Assembly: GCA_963850035.1 (NCBI GenBank)
Contig: CAWKJP010000012.1
Coordinates: forward strand, 25,199 to 89,198
DNA length: 64,000 nt
Direction of reading: 5' to 3'
DNA from: an uncultured Chloroflexia bacterium
Lineage (GTDB): Bacteria; Chloroflexota; Limnocylindria; Limnocylindrales; CSP1-4
A model generated the notes under the pieces. That model saw only the letters and a list, made by a program, of their open reading frames with translations, ran no database searches and had not been told where the DNA came from. This document shows positions 25,034-33,694 of this stretch, piece after piece. The translations under genes and the position numbers were made by a program. Positions within the stretch are counted from its first letter, which is position 1, and each line of letters begins with the position of its first letter.

Positions 25034-27354
25034 GCCGCCCCGACGCTCACGATCCGGCCTGCCGCGGGCGCCCCGAGCTCGCCGAGGAGTCGCAGCGCGA
25101 GCCGCCGCGCGTCGAGGTCGGCCTCGCCGCCGGATGCCCGCGGGCCGGTGCACGACGGGCATCCCGACTCGCAGCCGCAGGCGGCGATCAGCTGGGCGGC
25201 ACCGGCAACGAGCTCGTCGTGGCGGTTCCAGAGCCGCTCCGACATGCCGACGCCGCCGGGGACCGCCTCGTAGAGGTAGATCGTGGGCGCCTCCGAGTGT
25301 GGCGAGCGCACCTGCGCCACGAGGCCGAGGTCGCGGGGATCGACCATGAGGAGCACGCTCGCGACCGTCTGCATCGCCCGTCCCGCGCCGAGCAGCGCGA
25401 CGTCGAGCTCCTCGCGCCGCCACCTGCCGGGCAGGGCGTCCGCCGCGACCCAGTAGGCGGTGGTCTGGAGCTCGATCTCCGGAAGGTCGATGGGGCCCCA
25501 GCCGACGTTCTCGTCCGTGCCGAACTTGAGCTTCTTGTAGAAGGTGACGAGGCTCGCGACCATCACCTCGCCGTGCACCCGACGGCCCCCGGCGACGGGA
25601 CCGGCGCCGAAGACGTCGATCGGCTTGAGCGTCACGGCCCGGTTCGCGTACGTGTAGTGGTCGGCGTCGATCCGGTGGACGTACGCCTTGCGCTCGCCCC
25701 ATTCCAGGCGGTCGACGTGGTACTGGATCGACTCGTGCATGTAGATGGCGTGCTGGTGGACGAGCACCTGGGCCGAGAACAGGTCCACCTCGCCGAGCAC
25801 GCGCGGCCGGTCCGGCGTGGTGTCGATGATCACGACGTTCTCGGGCGCCGCCGTGCGCAGCGAGATCTCCGAGGCCGGGAAGTTCTCCGAGCTCCAGTAC
25901 CAGCGGCCATCCTCGCCCTGGTGCACGTGGCCGCTCTCGGCGATGAACGCGAGCAGGTCGTCGGCCGGACCCTCCCCGAAGATCTCGCCCGGCTCGAAGG
26001 GCATCTCGAACGTTGCGGCCCGCAGGTGGGCCAGCAGGACGTGCAGGTTGTCGGGGTCGACCCGGGCCTCCTCGGGCGGGTTCTCGAGGAGGAACTCCGG
26101 GTGGTGGATCACGTACTGGTCCACCGGCGCGGCGGATGCGACGAGGATCGCGACCGACACGTCCTGGCGCCGCCCGGCGCGCCCGATCTGCTGCCAGGTT
26201 GCCGCGATCGAGCCCGGGTAGCCGGCGAGGACCGCGACGTCGAGCCTGCCGATGTCGACGCCGAGCTCGAGCGCGTTCGTGCTCACGACGCCGAGGACCT
26301 CGCCGCTCCGCAGGCCTTCCTCGATGGAGCGCCGCTCGGTCGGCAGGTAGCCGCCCCGGTAGCCCCGGACCCGTGTCCGCGGCCCGCCGTGCTGCCGGAG
26401 CGACTCGCGGAGCCCGGTGAGGATCAGCTCGACGCCCGTGCGCGAACGCCCGAAGACGATCGTCTGCCGGCCCGCACGCAGGAACGGCAGCGCCCAGCGC
26501 TGCGCGAGCGTGAGCGCTGACCCGCGGGCCCCCGACGGCCCATCGACGATGGGCGGGTCCACGAGGAGCACGTGGCGTGCCCCGGCGGGTGCGCCGTTCC
26601 GATCCACGACGAGCGGCACGCGGCCGGTGAGGCGCGTCGCAAGCTCCCCGGGGTTCGCGATCGTCGCCGAGCACGTGACGATCACGGGGTTCGAGCCGTA
26701 GTGGCGGCAGATCCGGAGGAGCCGCCGGAGCACGTTGGCGACGTGACTGCCGAAGAGTCCGCGGTAGAGGTGGAGCTCGTCCACCACGATGACCTGCACC
26801 TGTTCGAAGAGCTGGAACCACTTGGTGTGGTGAGGCAGGATCGCCGCATGGAGCATGTCCGGGTTCGTCACCACGACCTGGCCCGCCTGCCGGATCGATG
26901 AGCGGATCGGCGCGGGGGTGTCTCCGTCGTAGGTGGCGGTCGCGATCGGGAGGCCGGCGGCCCCCGCGAGCGTGCGGAACGCGGCCACCTGGTCCTCGCC
27001 CAGGGCCTTCGTCGGGAAGAGCCAGAGCGCCCGGGCGGATGGGTTGTCAGCGAGCGCCTGGAGCACCGGAAGCTCGTAGCACAGGCTTTTCCCGGACGCG
27101 GTGGGCGTGACCACGCAGACGTCACGGCCGGCGCGGATCGCCGCCAGCGCCTCCGCCTGGTGGGTGTACAGCGAGCCGATTCCCTGCTGCGCCAGGGCCG
27201 CCCTGATGCGCGGATCCACCCAGTCGGGGATCGGCGCGGTCTCCGCGTCCCGGGCGGGGACCAGGGCATGGTGGACGACGCCGCGCGCAAGCGACGGCTC
27301 GTCGAGCAGCCGCGCGAGCACCGCGTCGGCCGGAGCGGGCGCGTACGTGCGCAT
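25030..27354 (-). CDS. mrfA: DEAD/DEAH-box helicase with C-terminal DUF1998 (MZB) zinc domain, YprA/MrfA-like
   Basis: LYTHQAEA, VTPTASGKSLCY, VVDELH and ATNALELGVDIG helicase motifs. C-terminal CGCESGCPSCTG cysteine cluster. Start assigned to ATG 27354, preceded by GAGGAGG. Confidence 0.85.
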   Translation of the reverse strand: MRTYAPAPADAVLARLLDEPSLARGVVHHALVPARDAETAPIPDWVDPRIRAALAQQGIGSLYTHQAEALAAIRAGRDVCVVTPTASGKSLCYELPVLQALADNPSARALWLFPTKALGEDQVAAFRTLAGAAGLPIATATYDGDTPAPIRSSIRQAGQVVVTNPDMLHAAILPHHTKWFQLFEQVQVIVVDELHLYRGLFGSHVANVLRRLLRICRHYGSNPVIVTCSATIANPGELATRLTGRVPLVVDRNGAPAGARHVLLVDPPIVDGPSGARGSALTLAQRWALPFLRAGRQTIVFGRSRTGVELILTGLRESLRQHGGPRTRVRGYRGGYLPTERRSIEEGLRSGEVLGVVSTNALELGVDIGRLDVAVLAGYPGSIAATWQQIGRAGRRQDVSVAILVASAAPVDQYVIHHPEFLLENPPEEARVDPDNLHVLLAHLRAATFEMPFEPGEIFGEGPADDLLAFIAESGHVHQGEDGRWYWSSENFPASEISLRTAAPENVVIIDTTPDRPRVLGEVDLFSAQVLVHQHAIYMHESIQYHVDRLEWGERKAYVHRIDADHYTYANRAVTLKPIDVFGAGPVAGGRRVHGEVMVASLVTFYKKLKFGTDENVGWGPIDLPEIELQTTAYWVAADALPGRWRREELDVALLGAGRAMQTVASVLLMVDPRDLGLVAQVRSPHSEAPTIYLYEAVPGGVGMSERLWNRHDELVAGAAQLIAACGCESGCPSCTGPRASGGEADLDARRLALRLLGELGAPAAGRIVSVGAA

Positions 27355-27398
27355 CGCGGCGCCTCCTCGCATAGAGAACAGGTGAGCGGTTTCCGGGC

Positions 27399-27407
27399 AG
27401 TCTAGCA
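27399..27407 (-). promoter_or_regulatory. extended -10 (TGCTAGACT) for the mrfA-mrfB operon
   Basis: Minus-strand GGTGCTAGACT lies 44 nt upstream of ATG 27354. It is the same 11-mer as upstream of topA. Confidence 0.45.
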
Positions 27408-27475
27408 CCGGGATCCGAACGCCCGGGCGATCGTCCCCGTGATCCGTGACAGGTTGTCCGGCACGCCCGGGCGGT

Positions 27476-27504
27476 TTGACACGCTAGCTGCGCGCAGCTA
27501 CCAT
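27476..27504 (+). promoter_or_regulatory. sigma-70-type promoter (TTGACA-17-TACCAT) with an embedded perfect 16-bp palindrome; leaderless start
   Basis: TTGACA 27476-27481, a 17-nt spacer and TACCAT 27499-27504, with ATG 27511 six nt downstream. The palindrome TAGCTGCGCGCAGCTA (27485-27500) fills the spacer. Confidence 0.55.
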
Positions 27505-27510
27505 CCGGCC

Positions 27511-28020
27511 ATGCCGTCGAAGCCGCTGAACGTGGCCGACCCGGAGGTGGACGACGAGGCCGGGATCACGCCCGCGCCGGACGTCGCTTCCGCGCCCGTC
27601 TCGCTTGCCGGGCTGGGCATCGCCGGGATCTCCCGGCGTCGCGTGGGCTGGGCCGCCGTGGGGCTCGTCACGGTCTGGATCCTGGTGAGCTTCGCGGGGC
27701 AGGCGTCCGATGCCGCGCGCGCCGCCGAGCGCGCCACGCAGGAGCAGTCCGCGAACGAGGCGCTGGTCGCCCGCGTTGCGGCGCTGCGTGACGAGCTGAG
27801 CCTGGTCCAGACGCAGCGCTGGATCCTGCAGCAGGCGCGCGCCTACGGGCTCGGGACCGGGAACGAGCGGCCGTTCGCGATCGCCGCCGATGCCCCCTCG
27901 ATCGCGCCCGACGCGCCCGGCTCACCGGCCCGCCGGCTCGGGTCGGTCGTCGAGCAGCGCTCGCCCCTGGATGTCTGGCTGGACGCCCTCTTCGGGTCGG
28001 GAAGCGCAGCCGGCAGCTGA
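27511..28020 (+). CDS. septum-formation initiator (FtsB/DivIC-like) membrane protein
   Basis: One TM segment (VGWAAVGLVTVWILVSFAG), then a coiled coil ending in QQARAYGLGTGNERPF, the typical DivIC/FtsB C-terminal pattern. Start chosen from the promoter geometry. Confidence 0.6.
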   Translation: MPSKPLNVADPEVDDEAGITPAPDVASAPVSLAGLGIAGISRRRVGWAAVGLVTVWILVSFAGQASDAARAAERATQEQSANEALVARVAALRDELSLVQTQRWILQQARAYGLGTGNERPFAIAADAPSIAPDAPGSPARRLGSVVEQRSPLDVWLDALFGSGSAAGS

Positions 28021-28089
28021 GCTCGCCACGGAGTGCCTCGGCGGGCGTCTTCCACGGGAGACGCGACGACGCTTCGCTGCCGTCCCGGC

Positions 28090-28119
28090 TTGACGCAGAG
28101 CCCTCGCGGCGCGCAAGAT
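28090..28119 (+). promoter_or_regulatory. candidate promoter of the inositol locus (TTGACG-18-CAAGAT)
   Basis: A good -35 with a weak -10. It sits immediately upstream of the LacI-type operator and about 150 nt upstream of iolD. Confidence 0.35.
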
Positions 28120-28124
28120 TCCAG

Positions 28125-28138
28125 TGCAATCGATTACA
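28125..28138 (+). promoter_or_regulatory. LacI-family operator-like palindrome TGCAATCGATTACA
   Basis: 12 of 14 positions are symmetric and it fits the generic LacI/GalR half-site pattern TG.AA.CG.TT.CA. It lies 5 nt downstream of the putative -10. Confidence 0.5.
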
Positions 28139-28267
28139 CCGATTCGCGAGCGGGACCGCCTGGGGCGAAGGCGTGGAGGGCCCGGCGATCGGACGGTGGA
28201 CCCGCGGATCGCGGGATCGGCGGGGTCGGACGGGCCGGATCGCAAGCGCGGCCTGGCGGAGGCGAGG

Positions 28268-30085
28268 ATGGGATCGGAGACGGCTGGCCCGCGCCGCTTG
28301 ACGGGGGCCCAGATCCTGGTCGAGCACCTGGTCCGCGAGGGCGTCCCCTACGCGGTGGGGATCCCCGGCCACGGCTGCTGGAACCTGACGGACGTGCTCC
28401 TCGATCACGCCGACCGCGTGCGGACCATCCAGGTCATGCACGAGCAGTCCGCGGTCCACGTCGCGGACGCGTACTACCGGGTCACCGGCCGTCCGCTCCT
28501 CGCGTTCACCAGCATCGGGCCGGGACAGGCCAACACCGTCGTCGGGATGGCGACGGCCTACGCCGACTCCACGGCGGTCCTGCTCATGACCGGCTCCGCG
28601 CATACGTACATGCGCGGCCACGGGCTGTTCCAGGAGGTGGAGCGGCGCCACGGTGCCGACAATCCGCGGATCTTCGAGCCGGTGGTCAAGGAGTGGTGGC
28701 AGCCATCGCGCGTGGACGAGCTCCCGTTCGTGCTGCACCGCGCCTGGAACCAGATGCTCTCCGGGCGCCCGGGACCCGTCCTGCTGGACCTCCCGATGGA
28801 CGTCCAGGCCGAGGCGGCCGACGTCCTGATCCCGGACCCCGACGCTCGCGAAGCCCGGAACGGACCCAGGGCCGCGGCACAGGATGTCGAGCGCGCGGCC
28901 GCGCTGCTTCGCACGGCCCGGAGGCCGGTCATCGTTGCGGGCGGCGGGGTCCTGCTCGGGGCCGCGTGGGCGGAGCTGACGAGCCTCGCGGAGCGCCTCG
29001 GCGCCCCGGTCGTCACCACCTGGCAGGGCAAGGGGGCGATCGACGAGACGCACGAGCTGAACGCCTGGAGCATCGGGGACACCGCCTCCACGTGCGGCAA
29101 CGAGCTTGCGGCATCGGCCGACGTGCTCATCGCGGTCGGATGCCGGTTCACCGACTGGTCGGCCAGCTCCTGGCGCAAGGGCGTCACGTTCGCGATCCCG
29201 CCCAGCCGGCTCATCCACCTCGACATCGACCCGCGCGAGATCGGCAAGAACTACCCGGTCGAGGTGGGGCTGCTCGGGGACGCGAAGGCCACCCTCGGGG
29301 ATCTGCTCGAGGCGCTGGGCCCCGGTCTACACGCGCGCGACCACGGCTCCGCCTACTTCGAGGAGATCCAGGCGCGGAAGGGCGCCTGGGAGGAGCTCAA
29401 GCGGCGGAAGGAGCGTTCCCCGCTCGTGCCCATGACCCAGGCCCGCGCGATCTTCGAGATCCAGGCGGCGACGCGGCCGGACGCGATCGTCGTGACGGGC
29501 GCAGGCCTTCCCCAGAGCATCGTCAAGCAGAACTGGGTGACCCGGCTCCCGCGGACCCACATCACGTCCGGTGGCTTCAGCACGATGGGCTTCACCGTGC
29601 CAGGTGCGATCGGGGCCGCGCTCGGTCAGCCGGGCCGCCAGGTGATCGGCATCGCGGGCGACGGAGACTTCCTGCAGACGGTCCAGGAGCTTGCGGCCGC
29701 CGAGATGCTGGACATCCCCGTGGTCTTCGTCGTCCTCAACAACAGCGGGTGGATGAGCATCAAGGGCGGTCAGCGCGCCTTCTTCGGGCGCACCGCGAAG
29801 ACCGACTTCCTGCGCCGCGACGGCTCGCTCTATTCCCCCGACTACCGATCGATCGGCGCGGCCTTCGGGCTCCATGCCGAGCAGGTGGACCATCCCGACG
29901 CCGTCCGACCGGCGGTCGAGCGGGCCCTCGCCCATGGCGGGCCCGCGCTGGTCGCCGTGAACGTCGGCCGTGAGGCCGAGCACGCCCTCGACAAGACCGG
30001 CTGGTGGGATGCCCCGGTCCCGGAGTTCCATCCCGAGCAGTACGCGAGCCAGCTTGCCGGCCGCGCAGAGGAGCAGCACCGATGA
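28268..30085 (+). CDS. iolD: thiamine-diphosphate enzyme, probable 3D-(3,5/4)-trihydroxycyclohexane-1,2-dione acylhydrolase
   Basis: 605 aa with the three-domain TPP enzyme layout and ThDP motif GDGDF...NN. ATG 28268 preceded by GGAGG. The IolD assignment rests mainly on being coupled (ATGA) to iolE within an iol gene cluster. Confidence 0.72.
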   Translation: MGSETAGPRRLTGAQILVEHLVREGVPYAVGIPGHGCWNLTDVLLDHADRVRTIQVMHEQSAVHVADAYYRVTGRPLLAFTSIGPGQANTVVGMATAYADSTAVLLMTGSAHTYMRGHGLFQEVERRHGADNPRIFEPVVKEWWQPSRVDELPFVLHRAWNQMLSGRPGPVLLDLPMDVQAEAADVLIPDPDAREARNGPRAAAQDVERAAALLRTARRPVIVAGGGVLLGAAWAELTSLAERLGAPVVTTWQGKGAIDETHELNAWSIGDTASTCGNELAASADVLIAVGCRFTDWSASSWRKGVTFAIPPSRLIHLDIDPREIGKNYPVEVGLLGDAKATLGDLLEALGPGLHARDHGSAYFEEIQARKGAWEELKRRKERSPLVPMTQARAIFEIQAATRPDAIVVTGAGLPQSIVKQNWVTRLPRTHITSGGFSTMGFTVPGAIGAALGQPGRQVIGIAGDGDFLQTVQELAAAEMLDIPVVFVVLNNSGWMSIKGGQRAFFGRTAKTDFLRRDGSLYSPDYRSIGAAFGLHAEQVDHPDAVRPAVERALAHGGPALVAVNVGREAEHALDKTGWWDAPVPEFHPEQYASQLAGRAEEQHR

Positions 30086-31026
30086 TTGGCGCAGCCACGA
30101 CCGAGACCGCCGTCGCACGCAGCCGGGCGATCCCGCGCGCACGGATCGGGATCGTCCACATCCTGTGGGCGAACGACGACCTGCCGGAGCTCACGCCGCC
30201 GATCGAGCCGCTCCACATCCTCGACGAGATCTCCCGGCTCGGGTACGAGGGCACCCAGCTCGCCGGGTCCTTCCCGCGCGGCGCCGCCCTCGACGACGCC
30301 CTTGCGGCCCGCTCCCTGCACATCGCCGAGGTGTACGCCTGCATCGAATGCGACCAGGACGGCCCGGTGCCGGGAGCCCTGGCGACCGGGCGGGCCAAGC
30401 TCGCCGAGCTGCATGCCGTCCACGGCGACACGCTGGTCGCGGCGCTCCCCGTCGGCCCGGCGCGCGACCCGTGGGGCGGTCGTGCCCATGGCCGGGGCGT
30501 CCCGCGGATGACCGAGGCGGGGTTCGCACGCCTGGCGGGGCTCCTCGAGACCCTGGGCCGCGAGGCGGCCGACCTGGGCCACCAGCTCGCGTTCCATAAC
30601 CACGTCGGGACCTATGTCGAGACGCCCGTGGAGGTCGACCTGCTCTTCTCCATGAGCGACCCCGCGGTCGTGGGATCCTGCCTGGACGTGGGGCACTACC
30701 TCCTCGGCGGCGGCGACCCGGTTGCGACGCTCGCGCGCTATGGCGACCGCGTGCGCCACGTCCACCTCAAGGACGTGGACCCGGCGGTCAAGGCGGCGAT
30801 GGCCACGCGCGAGGTCGACGGCTTCCTGGCCGGGCTCCGGCACCGCGTCTTCTGCGAGGCCGGTGGCGGCCTCCTCGACGTCCGCGGCCTCCTTCGCACG
30901 CTGGATGGGATGGACTACGCGGGGTGGCTCATGGTCGAGCAGGACACGTCCTGGCGGCCGCCTTCCGAGAGCGCTGCAATGAGCCGCGCGGTCGTCGACC
31001 TGATCCTGCGCGAGCTGGCCGGGTGA
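30082..31026 (+). CDS. iolE: inosose dehydratase (xylose-isomerase-like TIM barrel)
   Basis: N-terminus ILWANDDLPEL...GYEGTQLAGSFP aligns with the Bacillus IolE N-terminus. HNHVGTYVE and HVHLKD metal-site motifs are present. Confidence 0.78.
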   Translation: MIGAATTETAVARSRAIPRARIGIVHILWANDDLPELTPPIEPLHILDEISRLGYEGTQLAGSFPRGAALDDALAARSLHIAEVYACIECDQDGPVPGALATGRAKLAELHAVHGDTLVAALPVGPARDPWGGRAHGRGVPRMTEAGFARLAGLLETLGREAADLGHQLAFHNHVGTYVETPVEVDLLFSMSDPAVVGSCLDVGHYLLGGGDPVATLARYGDRVRHVHLKDVDPAVKAAMATREVDGFLAGLRHRVFCEAGGGLLDVRGLLRTLDGMDYAGWLMVEQDTSWRPPSESAAMSRAVVDLILRELAG

Positions 31027-31033
31027 GCCCCGA

Positions 31034-32557
31034 ATGACCGCGGCGGGCGCCGGGGCCGTGCTGCTCCGGATGTCGGGGATCACGAAGCGGTTCCCCGGCG
31101 TCGTGGCGCTCGACGACGTCCGGCTGGAGCTGCTGCCCGGCGAGGTCCACGTGCTGCTGGGCGAGAACGGCGCCGGCAAGAGCACGCTGATGAAGGTCCT
31201 CGGCGGCGCCTACCCCGCGGACGCCGGGAAGATCGAGCTCAAGGGTCGCGAGGTCAGGATCAACTCGCCCCGCGACGCCCTCGACCTCGGGATCGCGGTG
31301 ATCTACCAGGAGTTCAACCTGGTGTCGCAGCTCTCCGTCATGGAGAACGTCTTCATGGGCCGCGAACCGCGGATCCAGGGCCGGCCCGGAATGATCGACT
31401 GGGCGCGGATGCGCCGCGAGACGACGGCCATCCTCAAGGAGCTGGACCTCCCGATCGATCCGGCCCGCCAGGTCGCCAGGCTCGGGGTCGCGCAGCAGCA
31501 GATGGTCGAGATCGCCCGGTCCGTCAGCGCCAGGGCGGACATCGTCGTGATGGACGAGCCGACGTCCGCCCTCACGGACCACGAGATCGTCCAGCTCTTC
31601 CGCGTGGTGAAGCAGCTCCAGGCTCGCGGAGCCGGCGTGATCTACATCAGCCACCGCCTCGAGGAGGTTCCCCAGGTCGGCTCGACGGTCACGGTCCTGC
31701 GCGACGGGCGGTACGTCGACACCGTGCCGGCCACCACGCCCATCCCCGACCTCATCCGCCTGATGGTCGGCCGTGACCTCACCAAGCAGTACCCGAAGGA
31801 GCCCGTCGAGCCCGGGGCCGAGGTCCTGCGGGTCGAGCACCTCGAGCGCCGGGGCGTGCTCCGGGACGCGAGCTTCTCCGTGCGGGCCGGGGAGATCCTC
31901 GGGATCGCCGGCCTCGTCGGGGCGGGCCGGACCGAGCTCGTGCGCGCCATCTTCGGCGCCGATCACCGCGACGGCGGCCGGATCTTCGTCGACGGCACGG
32001 AGGTGGCCGTTCGCAGGCCGGCCGACGCGATCCGGGCGGGGATCGGCCTGCTCCCGGAGGACCGCAAGACGCAGGGTCTCGTCCTCCTCCTGTCGATCGC
32101 CGAGAACATCAGCATGGCCTCGCCCGGCGACGTGTCGCGGCACGGGTTCCTGGACATGCGGAAGGTGGCTGCGCGCGCCCGCGGATTCATCGAGACGCTG
32201 CGGATCCGGACGCCCTCGGTCCACCGGCTCGCCCGGTCCCTGTCGGGCGGCACGCAGCAGAAGGTCGTCCTCGCGAAGTGGCTGGCATCGCGCTCGCGCG
32301 TCCTGATCTTCGATGAGCCGACACGCGGGATCGACGTCGGGGCGAAGGTGGAGGTCTACCAGCTGATGACGACCCTGGTGCAGCAGGGCGCGGCGATCGT
32401 CATGGTCTCGAGCGAGCTACCGGAGGTCCTGGGCATGAGCGACCGGGTGCTCGTCATGCGCGGCGGCGGCATCGTCGCCGAGCTGGCGGGCGACGAGATC
32501 AGCCAGGAACGGATCCTCGCCGCGGCGATGGGGCAGGACCATGTCGTCGCAGCCTGA
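31034..32557 (+). CDS. sugar ABC transporter ATP-binding protein (duplicated NBD, RbsA/MglA type)
   Basis: Two ABC signatures are present (LGVAQQQMVEIAR, LSGGTQQKV), with Walker A GENGAGKST in the first NBD and a corresponding site in the second. Confidence 0.9.
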   Translation: MTAAGAGAVLLRMSGITKRFPGVVALDDVRLELLPGEVHVLLGENGAGKSTLMKVLGGAYPADAGKIELKGREVRINSPRDALDLGIAVIYQEFNLVSQLSVMENVFMGREPRIQGRPGMIDWARMRRETTAILKELDLPIDPARQVARLGVAQQQMVEIARSVSARADIVVMDEPTSALTDHEIVQLFRVVKQLQARGAGVIYISHRLEEVPQVGSTVTVLRDGRYVDTVPATTPIPDLIRLMVGRDLTKQYPKEPVEPGAEVLRVEHLERRGVLRDASFSVRAGEILGIAGLVGAGRTELVRAIFGADHRDGGRIFVDGTEVAVRRPADAIRAGIGLLPEDRKTQGLVLLLSIAENISMASPGDVSRHGFLDMRKVAARARGFIETLRIRTPSVHRLARSLSGGTQQKVVLAKWLASRSRVLIFDEPTRGIDVGAKVEVYQLMTTLVQQGAAIVMVSSELPEVLGMSDRVLVMRGGGIVAELAGDEISQERILAAAMGQDHVVAA

Positions 32558-33567
32558 GCCGTCCGTCGCCGCGGCGCTCGCCGGAACCCCGGCGCAGCTG
32601 GACCGAGTTCGCGTTCCAGCTCGGGGCGCTGCTCGGCCTGATCCTGCTGGTCGCGATCTTCGCGCTCTCGTCACCCTCGTTCCTGACCACGAGCAACCTG
32701 GCCGGCATCGCCCGGCAGACCTCGGTCAACGCGCTGCTGGCGCTCGGGATGCTCGTCGTGATCCTGACCGGCGGGATCGACCTTTCGGTGGGCGCGGTCC
32801 TCGCGCTCGCGATGGTCGTCCTTGCCATGGTCATCACGAAGGCGGGCCTTGATCAGTCCGTGGGGATGCTGGCGGCGCTCGCGGTCGGCTCGGCCCTGGG
32901 CGTGGGGAACGGCCTCCTGCTCACCCGGCTCCACCTGCCCCATCCCTTCATCAGCACACTCGGCATGATGAACATCGCCCGCGGGGCCGCGCTCGTGATC
33001 ACCGGCGGTGCGTCGATCTCGGCGCTCGGCGGCGGGATCGTGAAGTTCATCGGCAACGACGAGATCCTGATCGGATCGGGCGACGGGGCGATCTCGATCC
33101 CGATCATGCTGTTCGTGGTCGTGCTCGCCTACGTCGGGTTCTACATCTTCCTGAACCGGACGGTGGTCGGGCGCCACATCTACGCGACGGGCGGCAACCC
33201 GGAGGCCGCGCGGCTTTCCGGCGTGCCCGTGGACCGGATCCTCGTCCTCGTCTACACGATCTCCGGGCTGATGGCGGGACTCGCCGCCGTCGTTCTCGCG
33301 GGGCGCACGGACTCGGGCTACCCGAACGCGGGGCTCGGCTTCGAGCTGGACGCGATCAGCGCCTGCATCATCGGGGGGACAAGCTTCTTCGGTGGGGTGG
33401 GGACGGTCGGCGGGACGCTCATCGGGGCCCTGATCATGGGAGTCCTGCGGAACGGCCTCAACATCATGAGCGTCGACACGAACTGGCAGACCGTGGTCAT
33501 CGGCACCGTCATCATCGCCGCCGTCTACGTCGACGTCCTGCGGCGTCGCGCCGGCCAATCCCGTTGA
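32541..33567 (+). pseudogene. RbsC-type sugar ABC permease with an apparent 1-nt frame disruption near codon 19
   Basis: ATG 32541 gives MSSQPEPSVAAALAGTPAQ. From 32599 the next frame encodes WTEFAFQLGALLGLILLVAIFALSSPSFLTTSNLAGIARQTSVNALLALGMLVVILTGGIDLSVG... through to 33567. That frame has no ATG, GTG or TTG before 32749, so starting there would remove the first two TM helices. Confidence 0.65.
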
Positions 33568-33656
33568 AAGCAGATCGCGGGCAGGTGCTCGCCGCGGGCG
33601 GGCACCGGGAGGAGGAGGGCAGCGAGTACCGAGCACCATCGCACCCAGGCAAGCTC

Positions 33657-33677
33657 GGAGCTGGCGTGATCAGCTCC
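33657..33677 (+). promoter_or_regulatory. hairpin GGAGCTG-N7-CAGCTCC just upstream of the SBP ribosome-binding site
   Basis: A 7-bp perfect stem ending a few nt before GAGGAGG and GTG 33695. Its function is unknown. Confidence 0.3.
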
Positions 33678-33694
33678 CCAGAGGAGGAAGACGC

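Noticed and set aside
27355-27475. An SOS or LexA box, or a RecA-independent damage promoter motif, in front of the mrfA-like helicase.
   Set aside because: By eye I found no TCGAAC-N4-GTTCGA, GAAC-N4-GTTC or TGTCRGTG-N8-TAnnnT match. Only the generic TGCTAGACT extended -10 is present.
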